A stretch of 63,976 nucleotides of DNA, filler included, from Basidiobolus ranarum (lineage: Eukaryota): assembly GCA_040143965.1 (NCBI GenBank). It is 3 parts of 3 records of this genome, joined end to end, with 100 filler letters (N's around TTAATTAATTAA, not from the genome) between each part and the next. Parts side by side here need not be neighbours in the genome. Positions count along the whole stretch, not along the records: positions 1 to 21,590 come from JASJQH010007077.1; 2 more parts are not named here. One strand, 5' to 3'. The position numbers and the translations under genes are program-made. The notes beneath the pieces are model-generated. The model saw only the letters and a list, made by a program, of their open reading frames with translations, did no database searches and was not told the DNA's origin. How positions within the stretch are numbered: position 1 is the first letter of the stretch; each line of letters begins with the position of its first letter. This document shows positions 1 to 13,068 of this stretch, piece after piece.

Positions 1-257
1 GTATCATCGGCAAAGGGGGTAGCAAGATCTCGGAGATAAGGAGAATGTCGAGTTCTCGTATTAGTATTGAGAAGGTACCAAGAGGAGATATTGGCGAAAG
101 ACGCTTTATCATTCGTGGCACCAAAGACGAAAACGATCGTGTTGTAGATCTATTGATTCAAATGGTTGAACAAGAGAGAGAAAGACGTAAGCTTGAAGCT
201 GAGCAATTGGCGATGGAGCAAAGTGTTTGGAGACCTACCGGTGTTGAGCATTACTAG
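1..257 (+). CDS. 3' end of a KH-domain RNA-binding protein (PCBP/Hek2/Rnc1-like), truncated by the window start
   Basis: The frame from position 3 reads IIGKGGSKISEIRRMSSSRISIEK...ERRFIIRGT, a KH domain with its GxxG loop; TAG stop at 255-257. Confidence 0.85.
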   Translation, partial: IIGKGGSKISEIRRMSSSRISIEKVPRGDIGERRFIIRGTKDENDRVVDLLIQMVEQERERRKLEAEQLAMEQSVWRPTGVEHY

Positions 258-2046
258 GTTCACTCATTCTATATTTTACACAAGTGGTGATACACATTTC
301 TACATCATTTCATTACACCTTTTCGTTGGGCGATGTGTCGCTATACATAATCGAATCTCATGCATTAATTCATATCAATACTAATCCCCAATGTCCTTCA
401 CATAAGCAAGTCATTTGTTTCTCAACATCATTCATTTGAAAGCCTGTCACTACCTCACTGTCCTACTATACCTCTACAATCCCGTCTCCTTTTCTTTACA
501 TTCATGCCCACTATCTTCTTTGCATTCGTCCTCCAAAGAGGTTGATGGTGATGGATCCACATCAACCATTTGTTTACAATATTCACGTATTCCTGTTTCT
601 TCGATTTCCCGGACCTCGCCCAACTCTTCGCATGATAATATCCCTACGTCCTTAATTATATCTTTATCTCGCCTTCTTTGTCCCCTATTTATGACGCCCT
701 TTTCATTGTTGAGATATTTTATCTAGCCGTTTATTTCTACTGTCAAACACTTTTGTTTTCTATAACTCTACTTTTCCGTATTGTGGAACCACTCTCTTTC
801 GCAGTGTTCATTTTCATGTTTCTTTTTATTTTCTATTTCCCTTGCAATCTATTCATTTGTTCAATTTTCTCATTCCAAGAAAACGAATGACTCTTCTCTT
901 CTCTTCAACCCTTTACATTCACAATTGTCCTAAAACTGCCAGCTTTCTTCCCTTTTCGTAACATCCTATTCTCCTCATTATTAAACTTGTCGTTTACATC
1001 TCTACATCAATTGCTATTAATATATTGGTTTTTTGACATGGATATAAATATACTCATACTATTGAAAAACTTCATTTAAGCCCCCATCTCAGAATTAAGT
1101 AAAAATAAACATAATCAAGGTGTAAGTATATACTGACTACTATCAATATGTGCTCCAAGTTAGCCAAGTGTATATTCGAGGTGTACATTTGAAGTCTGTT
1201 TAAGCCTAGACATGGTACTAGAGACAATTAATCATTTCAAATCATTTCCATTAATCGAATCATTGATTTGATGACCAAATTTTTTTCTTCCCTCTTTCCA
1301 GTCATCCAGTTAGATTATGATTTGCAAATTTAGATGTCATGAATGGTTGGTTTCAAGAGTAGAAATTCTCACCGGTATGTAGAAATATTCATTTATTTTT
1401 AAACAGCACCAATAGCAATATTGTACATTATAGATGTCAAACTTACAGATAGTAATTTACGTTATATCGCTACCCCAATAATCGAGCCTACAAAAGGAAT
1501 TTATTTTATTGTGACAGGATGGCAGTGGGACAACAGACGTAGTTTCTAAATCCAATCTTTTTTAGATGAAACCTGCTGCCCATTTAACAAACTCGGTAAC
1601 ATAGAGTGCAGGATATGGTAAGGAAATGGTCAACTTCACGATGATTTATTCATGCAATGAAAGTTGCCCTCTCACTCATGTGAAGACTTGTTGAACGGAA
1701 GCATATTAAACGTATTAAGCCGTACGTCGTGCACGGAAATGGAATACCATACATGCAGTCTACACAAATCAAAAGTATCGTGTAACTTGGATTTGTCATT
1801 TGACGACCAAAGATAGCAAATTCAGTTGGTGTTCGTAAATTCCGCAAACTAACATATTATTCGTTCTTGTACGATGGTTTCTACTGTCCGTCCAGGTTCT
1901 AGGATCAGCCTCTCTCTTTGAAACCTAGTGAGTTCCCCACACATACGTAAATCATTATATTAAAATCGTTTGACCAAGGATCTTCATTTTCTATAAATAC
2001 TTTGGCTTGGTAAACTTTCTATCATCAGCTTGAACATACTACAATC

Positions 2047-3505
2047 ATGCGTTTCTTGCTTGCCTTAGTCGCAGGGTTGTCTACCCTTGAGATTCTAACT
2101 ACCGATGCTGCTCCAGGTCTCTATTCCGATGCTTATGACTACTGCCAAGCTCCCACACCCAGCGGCAAGGAATACAAGCCTATGGTAAGCAAGTTGGTGG
2201 TTGTGTACATTGGATCGATTCTTCTAAACCGTTTTGACCTTTTTTATAGCCTAATGCCAAGCTTGTTCATCTTCAACTTTTAATCCGTCATGGTGATCGT
2301 TCTCCTGTTTATCCCAATCCTAATGAACACGATGTCACCTGGGATTGCGATCAAATACGCGATCATTCTCATATGTATGGTAGCTACAAGGGTGTCAACT
2401 TTGACAGTGGTAATTTTGAGTATGACGTAGTCATTCCTCAAACCAACGCACTCTCCGAGAACTTTTGGAAGGGTTCTTGCGTTAATGGCCAATTGACTGC
2501 CAAGGGAATGCTTCAACACTTAGCGTTGGGTAAATCTCTTCGTGATGTTTACATTAACAAACTGAAGTATCTTCCCCAAAAATTGAAGGATCCCAGATCT
2601 TTCTACATTCGTAGCAGTGATGTCTGGTGAGTTGGCCCTAGTAATTTCATTTCACTTCTCATACTAACTCGATTCCATGATTTAGGCGTACCAAGCAATC
2701 CGTACAGTCCCTACTTACCGGGTTGTACCCCGTCAAAGATAGAGCCAGTAGCAGCAGCCGTTGGACTATCCCCATCGTATTCGAACCTATCGAGATTGAA
2801 ACTCTTCTCTTCAGTAAGGCTAGATGCCCTCGTTATGGTGAGATCTCCAATCAAATGATCAACACCACATACTATCAAAACTACTGGAAGACCGTTACTC
2901 CTTTGAAGAAGCAGCTCGATGAGATTCTTGATACTGGATCCAACCCTGATCGTCAAAACACCATGGTCGGTTATGTCGATTCTATTCGTGCTCGTTCTTG
3001 TCATAACAAGAAGCTTCCTTGCAAGGGAAAGAAGTGTGTTACTGAAGCCATGACTAAGACTTTGTTCAAAGCCATTGATGTGGAGTATACCTACACCCAT
3101 CGTGATGCTAAACTTGCCGATAAGGTAAATGGTGTCCTTATCGGTTGGGTTTTGAAGGATATTAAGGAGCGTATGCAGTTGGCCCTTAAAGAGATCAAGA
3201 GTGCCGCCAAAAATGGCTCAAAGCCCGCCGTACAACCCTTTGAAGTTTTCTCTGGCCATGACGATACCATGACTGGTGTTCTAGGATTACTCCATTCTAA
3301 GGATATGAGATGGCCTCCTTATGCATCCAACTTACTTTTCGAACTCTGGCAGCGTAAGGATAATTCTTATCACCTTCGTATCATTTTCAACGGTAAGGTA
3401 TTGGAGTTGAAGGAAAAATGGTGCAACTTGCATTCTTGCCCCGTAGAGCAATTCTTCAAATACATTGAATCCAAAACTCTCAAGAGAGATGAGTGTAAAT
3501 TATAA
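2047..3505 (+). CDS. Secreted or vacuolar histidine acid phosphatase (His_Phos_2), 3 exons: 2047-2184, 2250-2626, 2686-3505
   Basis: Signal-peptide-like N-terminus. After splicing it has the RHGDRSP catalytic motif, WRTKQS, the SGHD acid motif and PPYASNLLFEL. The GT-AG introns keep frame. Confidence 0.93.
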
Positions 3506-3622
3506 GGAGTCCCTAATGATCCCTCCATCTCTCACCGACAATACCCAAATATTCCTAGTGTTCCTTAGAAAATACTTATCTTTAATAAAATCATGAGTGA
3601 TGGAAATATTCCAGTTTCTTTA

Positions 3623-4912
3623 CTAATCTGAATCATCTTGACATGTACACTTGCGTTCTTTGATGTTGAGACTAGGTATACTTTTTTCTAATCTAATCTC
3701 TTTCTCAGAGAGAGAGAAGGGTACATTGGTAACATATAAACAGGATGGTTTCGTGGTGAATTTCATTTGCGGTTTATCGAAGATTTCGGTTTCTTCCAAG
3801 AAATTCTTGAACTCATCATGAAATCCCGTTTGATATAGAAACCTATAAGGTACGATATTAGCCATGGAGTTGACTTTCTCAAAGCGTAACATCAAATCGG
3901 TAAAAGTGAAATGACTCCATAAAGGTGTACGTGGCATATAATCTTCTTCATCGAAATCCCTGACTTGCATAGCATCTCCTTCATTATTAACATAATAAAC
4001 ACTGCCATAGTCGGATTCCGTAAAATCTGTCACTTCTAACATGAGATATCTCTCACTTTCATCGATTATCTCATCTCTACGTGGGAATGTGATACGTAAA
4101 AAGCGTCGTTCTCCGGCTATGTATTTCCAATAATCATATTGACTTTCCACTAATTCTCCCAAGTAAGGTGAAGGATTGTGTTCCAACAATCTCTCACTAG
4201 TTATCACTTGAAATTCATTCAAGGTATTTATCTGACCATACTTGGGTCCAGTAAATACGAAGCTACCAGCGCCAGAAACGTGAGATAGCCTAAGCCACTC
4301 CGGATTCCACCAAAATTTATGTGCATGGTGAAGTAAAAAGTAAACGTAATCAAGAGGTAAAGTTAAGTTGAACTTTTCTTCCAATTCGATCAAGTCCAGC
4401 AGTTTGATACGCTCTCCTTGGTCTTCAAGAAAGAGTCGGTACTTGGTGAAGTTACCTACATTTCGAACAGGATTTCTATTTCCAGCATTATTAACGGGTG
4501 GTTGGGTACGTAATATACTCTCAACTAAATCATCTTGAATTCTTTTTATCTTACGTAATAGTAAGCAGAAATTTCGAGCGGTATTAAATCTCGGAATACT
4601 TGGATATTTCCAACCTAAAGGGCTCTCCGGGGTAACGTTGCGAAGTGCTCCAGGCACACCTAAGCGTAGATATTTTATTTTTGATGAAGGAGAGTTTACT
4701 TCCTCTAAACCAGAGACCACATGTATATCTTTGGTTAGACCGGGTAGAAATGTGGTTAACTGAGTTCTCCACAGAGAATTCTCTTGTGAACTCAATAATT
4801 TGTATAAGGTTTTACAAAGTAGAGAGACGTTTAATATCTCATCAATACTTAGAAAAGTAAATACACCATACCAACAATCTGGTGGCAAATCAAGTATCAA
4901 CGGTGTAGACAT
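3623..4912 (-). CDS. Intronless F-box protein with a probable SMI1/KNR4 (SUKH)-like domain, 429 aa
   Basis: N-terminal LDLPPDCWYGVFTFLSIDEILNVSLLCKTLY is an F-box. Internal LIELEEKFNLTLPLDYVYFL resembles the SUKH core. Confidence 0.8.
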   Translation of the reverse strand: MSTPLILDLPPDCWYGVFTFLSIDEILNVSLLCKTLYKLLSSQENSLWRTQLTTFLPGLTKDIHVVSGLEEVNSPSSKIKYLRLGVPGALRNVTPESPLGWKYPSIPRFNTARNFCLLLRKIKRIQDDLVESILRTQPPVNNAGNRNPVRNVGNFTKYRLFLEDQGERIKLLDLIELEEKFNLTLPLDYVYFLLHHAHKFWWNPEWLRLSHVSGAGSFVFTGPKYGQINTLNEFQVITSERLLEHNPSPYLGELVESQYDYWKYIAGERRFLRITFPRRDEIIDESERYLMLEVTDFTESDYGSVYYVNNEGDAMQVRDFDEEDYMPRTPLWSHFTFTDLMLRFEKVNSMANIVPYRFLYQTGFHDEFKNFLEETEIFDKPQMKFTTKPSCLYVTNVPFSLSEKEIRLEKSIPSLNIKERKCTCQDDSD

Positions 4913-5085
4913 TGAAGATGTCTATATAAACGAAGCCAACAATTTAAACGATTCAGGTGATCTGAGTGAAATATACAGTAACCCGTTTTTTCTTTTTCCG
5001 GATTGCAGAGATCATATGAGAAAAGGAAATCCAGTAACATTTATTCGAATAATTTAGGGTTTCAGCTAACCAATATACAATTAGA

Positions 5086-6670
5086 TCAAGAGCGTTTACT
5101 TCTTCCTGGTTGATCAATACGAATGGATTCTAATCGGGACTGTAACCAATACAAAAACTCGGTCGGTGCTAACTCCGTAGGGTTCTGATGATTTGAAATG
5201 GACATTTCTTCAAAAGATGATGGTGTTTGTTCATCAGGGTTAGGGTTGAAATCGTAGCTCATCTCTGTCTTAACAAGGGGTGTTTCAACATCGCCATGAT
5301 TGTTTCTACCGTCATCAGTATTGGAGATGGTTGTTAACTGGGTTCCTAACGCTTTTGAAAGTCCTGCTTGTTCATTAGAGTGTAACCCGTGTATTTTGGT
5401 CTCAATCTTGCGGAATTGTGTAGATACAGTTGACCTTTCGCCTGGTTCGCTTGGTTTGAGAGAATTGAGTTGGATTTTGGATTGATTAAGAGATGGGTTT
5501 GTGTTACATTGTGGAGAGGGTTGAGAATGACCAGGTAACGATGAAGCAGGCATCGCTCCTGGATAAATATGCGGCACTAAGGGAGCGGTAAGCTGCTGAA
5601 CTTTGAACCGATTTTCAGAGCCATTCGAGTATTGTTCATGATCCATAAGGTTATTAGAGACGGAATAAGGATGAGCGTAGCTCGGTGGGTTTCTATTGTC
5701 AACTAAGGATGTTGATGCCGAGTGATGATTAAATTTCAACGATTGTGACGTTGTTGAATCAGACACTTGATCTTGATTTGATGAGAATGAGGTGATCGGG
5801 TGGAAATTGAACCGGTGTCGATCTGACTCTGATTGAATTGAGTGTTAGCTTCCATCGCAGTGGTAATCACAATTGCAACAATGAAAATGTTGATTTTGAA
5901 ACGCAACAAATAAACAAATACTTACTCGCATGAAGATCATGGTCAATTCTCCTTTGTTGAACCTCATTTGTGCTTTCAACTTTTTCCTGACAATACTTTC
6001 TTCCCATGTTGCCTGAAATGGCACCTGGCCAATAGGGACCATAGCGTGCCCTAGACGAAGTAAGGATAGGTGGTAAAGAGGGTTGAGTAGCTTTAGAATA
6101 TTAACTTAGTTAGTAAATAGCAAGGGGAGCAAAAGAAATGAGGATTCACAGGCGATACCTAGTTCATAGTTATTGTATGGCATATCAAATGTAGAACGAT
6201 TGTCGGAATGTGATATTGGAAAGGAAACGGAGTTTTGACGCAATGACGGTGGCTCATATCCGGGTTGATTAAAATAAGGAATCTGTACAGAATGTCTCCT
6301 AACTCCGAATTGCTCGTGTGTCTTTTCATGTTTTCTAAGATCCTGGCGACGTTTAAATTTCTTATAGCAGTGCTGGTTTGATAGATAAATGGTTACTCTC
6401 TGGGAATGGACTCTTACTAGATGGTGGGCTTACCTGACATAGAAAAGGCTTTAGAGGTACGTGAACTCTTAGATGTGAAGTGATATGGTCTCTCTTCAGT
6501 GTAACTACTTGACATTGGTCCCAGTGGCATTGCAAGCACAGATTACTAGTGGATTTCCTGCCCACATGGTCGTTTGTGAGATGCAAATAAAGGTGCTCAG
6601 GTGAGGGGAATACTAGTAAACATTGATTCCAACGACAAGGGTGGTTATCATTATGAACATCGGAATTCAT
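5086..6670 (-). CDS. pacC: PacC/Rim101-family C2H2 zinc-finger pH-response transcription factor, about 4 exons (introns 6373-6433, 6091-6158 and about 5827-5925; last junction uncertain)
   Basis: [34 protein letters not shown] and spliced [21 protein letters not shown] form the PacC/Rim101 three-finger signature. Confidence 0.9.
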
Positions 6671-6807
6671 GAGATATATTCGAATAAATTAGGCAGATAT
6701 ATACAATGTCCTGAAAAGAAGAAGTTTAGATGAGATATACAGCAATTCCCGAGTTTAAATAAGCAACGAAGATCCCCGAAGCTTGATCAAAATTTCCGTT
6801 ACTACCT

Positions 6808-7089
6808 GCCAAGCTATATATCGACGAAACTATTGATTGAACCTCGCTCAGTTCGGTTTGTCGCTACAAATATAGTATTTAGCATTAGCCATCTAGGTGA
6901 GAGCTGGACTTGAATTAGCCAGAATTTACTTAATTTAGCTTGCATACGACTCACCCCACTCTCATATCAATTTGAAACTAGGATCTCTCCTAATAAAGAT
7001 AATTATTTAAGGACATGACTCACTACCGTTGTGGATTTAAAAGCAAAGCAATCTTTCTATCGGCTAGGTGATTTTCATTCGTGGCCAAG
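6808..7089. promoter_or_regulatory. Two GCCAAG PacC-consensus sites upstream of pacC (6808-6813, 7084-7089); a third lies at 7760-7765
   Basis: Exact matches to the PacC consensus GCCARG upstream of the pacC ATG. Confidence 0.4.
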
Positions 7090-7772
7090 CTTTCATTGCC
7101 AGATCTAATTAACGATCACTTGGTCTCTTCGCTTATTCACTTCCACCATTACAACCTCCCAAATGGTGAATGACTCCGAGAGAGATGGATATCTGACCTT
7201 GACTGGTTGCGCTGAAGGCTGACAGAGCAAAGCTGAAAATAGACTTACACATGCCCAATAGCAGCTCCAACCTAGATTGTCTTATTGTTGCGACCGTTAT
7301 TCGCTAGGTTTCTTCAAACCTATTTCTTCTCACCCGAGGACACTTGGTTTGTAACTAGATGGATGGATAAATATGGTGCCTGTGGTGCTTGAAACTTGAC
7401 AAACAGCAATGAAGTGAGGTCATCGGAACTCATGCTCCATAATCCGCTGGTCACAAAAGGGGGTCTATGGGCGGGATGCAAGTATATCCGTGTTCATATC
7501 CGTGTTCTAATGAAATAAACAAGGTTTGCAAGTAAAAACAAAGTACCGTCTTTTTATTATGACTTTTATATACATTTATACAAAACTTTCAAGATTTAGA
7601 AAACTAACCAAAATAAGAGATGATGGGGAATATGAAAAAGGGGTGGAATGTTAGAGGCGTAGTGTAAGCGCTTTAGGGTTTAGAGTGGAAGAGTGAGTAG
7701 GGTTTGAGATTCAGCATCGAGCGAAAAGTGTCACACGTGCGAAATATCCAAGGGTAAGGGCCAAGCATCACA

Positions 7773-10700
7773 TCACTCGGCAATTGTTTCACTGGGACTA
7801 TCCTTGGTACGCTCCTTTTCGTTCACCACAACCTCTGCTATTTTTCTGCTGGGATCTTGTGAAGATTTAATCTCTTTATCCGTAATAGGCTCATCCAAAT
7901 TAACCTCTGAAGGACTGGGTTGATCAATCAGCTCGCCTTCCTCATTGTCTGACGGAGCAGAGCCATGGGATCTAGAGGAATCCGGGTGATCTTTACCAGC
8001 TCGATTTTTGTCCTCTTTGAATTCATTTGGCCTCTCATGGGTTTTGGTAAACCTATCGTAGCGTTCATTTCTCGATCTAACACCAGTGGGATCTTCGCGT
8101 CTCTCATATCTTATGCGATCACGAGGTCTATCTTCACGACGATAAGGCTTGTATTCATCAGGTCTATCTCGACCTCGGTCAAGTTTACGATCATCTCTTC
8201 TATAGTCAAACCTTTCTTTGAATCGCTCAGATCTATCATAGAATCCATAGGGTTTGTCTCCTTTTTCTTTAAGTTTTGCTTCCTTGGGGCCCGCTTTTCT
8301 AAAGTCATCAGTATTGTATTTGAAGTCAGATCCGCGGTATGTGCTTTGAGAAGGTCTGGGACTGGGTCGAGGTTCATTCAATCCCTCATCGTCGTCAATC
8401 TCGCCTTCCTCCATGTCGGAATCACCTTTGGATTTAGGACTTTCAGCTGTGGTATCCTTGACTTCCGATTGCTTCTCCTCATCGCCAGGTAAGCTACTTG
8501 CACCTGGTTCAGAACTCTTTGATTCGCATGGGGATTCCGGTTCGCTCTTGGCGATCTCAGTGACTGGTTCATCTTGACTCTCGTGGTTATTGTTTGAATG
8601 AGGAGAATTTTTTAGTTCATTGGATTCTTTGTGTTCACTAGTAGAGTTACTAGATGATTCGTTTTGATTGTTTGTTAAATCTGACTTCAAAGTGTGAACA
8701 GTATCGATATCCATAGGCTCTGGTGATATTTCACCAGCTTCCAACTCATTGGATAGCTCATTCGATTCATTCACTTCTTCGACTTCAACGCTTGGAGAAT
8801 CTTCTACAGGCTCCACTTTCTCTAGAGGCTCAGATTCCATTTCCGGTACAATTTCGCCTTCAGATAGTGAGGCTATCTCTCCTTCTTCGATTTTACTTGG
8901 TGCTGATTGATCTTCAAGAGAGTTGTCTTTGGATTCAGAAACCGAGTCAACTATAGCTTCAATTTCGGATGGAACAACATCAGTTGATTCGTTCTTTTGC
9001 TCAGTATCTTCGTCATTCTCCTGCTCCGATACTATCATCTGGTCATCATTATCCGTTGGTAATGCAGGTGTGTCAGAAGGCGAGGGTGTTTTTTCACTAC
9101 CATTCACGGGGCTGTTGATTACTTCAGAATGAGTTAGAATCGCGGTATCAGGTTTCAATGAATCAATGGATTGAGGCAAAGGATCTTTGTTTTCTCCAGG
9201 AAGGTCGGGGTTGTTGTCAGATATGTGTTCTGATGTAGCAACCGCCTTGGGCGGCTCTTCAACGGGATTATTTTCAATCTCAACCTTTTCTTCTGATACT
9301 TTATCATCATCTTTTGAATCCTCATTAGTTTCGTTTAACTCACTTTCAATTTCACCATCTTCCACTTCTTGACTCGACTCCTCAGGTTTGTTTTCGTCAG
9401 AGTTAATCGGATCATTCTTTGCTTCAATATCCACTTGTGGAATAGTTTCCGTATCCACCTGAACTTCAATTGGATTGATAATATTAGCTTCGTTTTCAGG
9501 GTTTTCTGCGTTGGTTCCTGTGGCTTCGTCATTCTCTACGACGTCCATGGGCTCCGGTTCGGAAAGAGGTATATCAGGAACCGTACTTTCGACCACTGTA
9601 GTTGGGTTGTCATTCTCCACATTTTTAATGGATTGACTAATCACAATCTCCACATTGTCATGTAACTTACGTTCTTCTGGTTTGACTACAACCTCCATCT
9701 CCGTTGTTTTTGAGTCCGAATTTTCTTCAGAAGGATGTACCAGTTGACTCTCAGGAGCTTCCACCAAATCAGTTTTCACATTTTCAGATTGAACTGAAGT
9801 ATCTTCCTTTTCTTCTGGAATGCTTTCTACTTCCTCTGTTTTAGGGATAGCAGCAACTTCAGCCTCATCGGTGACAGCGGCTGAATCAACCATAACGATA
9901 TCTTCAATTGTGTCCTTGGCAATTGTATCCTCGGCTACATCCACAGCCTGAGGTGAGTTTGGTGTCTCTTTTATTTCAGTGGAGACAGCTACGACTTCAG
10001 TGGTATTGGTAGGCGAGTCAATTTTAGAATCCATTGGAGCAGGCTCAGCTTCAGGTGTATCTTTAGCTTCAATAGTCGGCTCGGATTCATTAGCAGGTTC
10101 AGATTCTTTAGCTTCATCAATTTCTACTTCGGGCTCCGGAGCGGGTATTTCTGGTTGGTGGACAACTGCAGCAGCCTTTGCTTCCAATGCTTCTTTGGCA
10201 AGCTGAATGGCAGCTTTCATGCGTTCAATAATTTCTGGGGTAATCCAGTACATAAAACCAATTGGAATCAATATACCTTCCGGTATCACCTTTCCTTCTA
10301 TCATTTCAATTTGGTGAGGTTCACATTTGGCAGTGATTAATATGCCCTGATCAACCCACACGATATCTGACCATTGTAAACTGATAAAGTCAGTCTCGCT
10401 TGTAGAATCGAATTCATTAGACGATTGGATCCGAAGCTGATATTGTGCAGAAGAACTATTTTCAACGGATTCAGATTTCGGGACTCTTTTGAGTTGATAA
10501 CTATTGAAACCATATTAGATGCGAACATACGTGCTCGAGAAGGGTTCAAATGAGCTTACCTATTCTTGGTATTCTCAAGACATAGTATATCCTGCTCGAA
10601 TCGATTGAGATTCCATACAGAAGCTTCCTCCACATCCTCCTGTTGGAGAGCCAAAATAAGATTGGGGTGATACTTATAGCTATATATGAGAATTACCCAG

Positions 10701-13068
10701 CTATAGTTAGAACAAGAAACACACGCTACACCAAAAGTAAATGGATTTACCATGGAACATTATTTCGGTTGAATTTGATCGATACAGAGGTTTCGTAAAG
10801 TCCAGTATATATGAGATGTGGGTTATTGGTCTAAAAATACTATTTAGTAAAGTCTATGAGAAGTGCGATATGTTGAAATTCCACTTACCACCACACAGTT
10901 CATAACACGCTGTCGCATGAGCTCATTAGCTTTGATGAATTCTTTTCTTTGCTTACGTCCTTTCCTAAGTGCTTCTCCAAACTTAAGAAATTATAAGTAT
11001 ATAGTTTGTGAAGTTTTCCGACCATTTCAAAACCACAGATTTGCTCAACCTACTTTTAGTACTTTTACGGACTCAATCTTGAAGCTGACTCCGTCATGAT
11101 CTCCCCACTCTCGGCTTTTAATGCGATACCGAACTGTTGAAGCATATTTTATGAGCTTTGGCATGACGCGTATTGTGACACTAAGATCGTGGTCAGCGTG
11201 GGGGAGAGTGTCAATATTCTTCATTGCCAGTTTAAGATCACCATTAGCTAGAGGTGGTAGAGGTGGAGTGTAGAATCCAGAATGAACCAAGGCTGTTCAT
11301 TAAAGCATTATAAAACATTCATAGTTTAGCAACAGTCTACAAATGACTTAGTTTTGCATTAAAAAAATCATTACCAGCCACAACATCCGAGTCATCAGTA
11401 TAAACATCCGTTCCCCAGATTGCTTGCTTTCTAACTTTCGAATTACCAAAACTAAGATAAATCCCAGGAACTCGGACTTCCAAGAGACCATTCTCTTTTC
11501 CTTCCAGTATAGGCAAGGTTTTAAAGGGTGAATATACGGTATATCCTGTAAAAGAAGTCATCGCTATTAGATTATTTCCTAGAAGAGCGAGAAATTGTAG
11601 ATCCAGTAGAAATTACCCAAGTGAAAATCTTCAGATTTCATAACGTCATAAAGCTTATTATTTCGCACTATTAGCTGTGGAGTATTTCCTGAGCCATTAT
11701 CAGAGCTGACTGGCTTTTTGTTAAACCTTTGTTTCGGCACAAATTCCTCCGATGGCTCTATAACACTTACAGGTGTTTCACCCCGAGACGATACCACTGA
11801 CTGATCACGATTGACGACACCACCAGCTTCCATTATCTCTTCCTCCTCTTCGCTAGCAGTCTCAGTCTCAGGATATTTGACCTGCAAAGTATTTAGGCCT
11901 ACACTCGCGGCTTCAGTTTTTTGGAATTGTGGTTCATCAGTCTGGAATTGGCCATGACCAATATTAGGATGACTCTGTGTAATTATTGTGGCAAGTTTGG
12001 TGGATCCCTGATCCTCAACTTTTAATGCTGGTGAGAACTGATCTAAAGGATGTTGTTGATGAAGGTCAGCTGGTGGTCTTTCCTCATAGTCCCCAGATCC
12101 TCTCAACACATCCGAAGAATCAGATGCGCTATTGGAGCTTAGGATAGACGAAACGGACATGGATTTGGGAGCAAAGGTTGCTTTACCTGAATTTACATTT
12201 GGCGTAGATATAGGTGGCAAAATTGGGACCTCCCTTGAATATTGGGGAATTCCTCTTATAGGTGGGAATGAGGGTTTAGGTGAAGGGGAAGAGCCTAGTC
12301 CTGATCCAACTTCATAACTAGAAGAGAGCACTGCGCCTCCTGCTGACCCAGATGGCGACATACTGTTTGCAGAAAATGAAAACGATCCTGAGGGAGAGTG
12401 CATGGAAGGAGGTGAAGTATTTCTTGAGTGAATAGAAGGGAAGCTGCTAGACATAGAAGGAAGACGAAACGAAGGTAGAGGCTGTGGACTATCTCTTGGA
12501 CCATAATCTAAAATCCCTCTTTGCCCTAAATGCCAACAATCAATGAGTACGAATACATCAAATATGCGTAAACCACTGTATTCGTAATATTACCTAGTGC
12601 TTGTTCCGAAGAATTTATAGGTTCCGAAGTTTCTTTATAGTCCGGATTAAATCTAGGTAAAGACGCGCCTTCAGAAGAAACTCGCGTGTAATCGCGTGGA
12701 GCCTGAGCATCTATATTTTCCAGAACCTGTGTGGATCGCGAATTATGACTTTGAGCGACACTCGAAGAACCCGAATGTACAGAACTGGGTGATTTGCTAC
12801 GTATTGGTGAAGTATTATCTAAATTTTTCAACCGTTTGTGGTCGTGAGGATCGTTCATGGGAATAGACGGGGACCGTAAAGGGCGTCCATCCGAAGAAGT
12901 GGAAGCTTTTCTTTTATTAGAGTGATATTCAGATTCCGCACGATCGGTAGTAGGAGAAAACGAATTAGGTGTGGGAACTATTGGTTGTGTTCTATGTGAG
13001 GGTGAAGAGATATCAGCCGAACTCGATTCAACGGATTGAGACCGGTGCTTCTGAGATGCATTCTCCAT
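7773..13068 (-). CDS. RXT3: Rxt3-domain protein (Rpd3L/Sin3 HDAC subunit family) with a Ser/Pro-rich N-terminus and a very long acidic low-complexity C-terminal exon; multi-exon
   Basis: AIWGTDVYTDDSDVVA|ALVHSGF and IKSREWGDHDGVSFKIE are Rxt3 motifs. Same-strand ORFs separated by short GT-AG introns run down to the 862-aa acidic exon. Joining that last exon to this gene is inferred. Confidence 0.75.

Noticed and set aside
400-1020. Strongly pyrimidine-rich stretch with short ORFs; K/E-rich if read on the minus strand
   Set aside because: The frames contain multiple stops and there are no splice signals or domains; 3' UTR or intergenic bias explains it.
7965-10340. Several + strand ORFs (up to 175 aa) opposite the acidic Rxt3 exon
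   Set aside because: They are antisense shadows of a biased-composition coding exon and have no motifs of their own.
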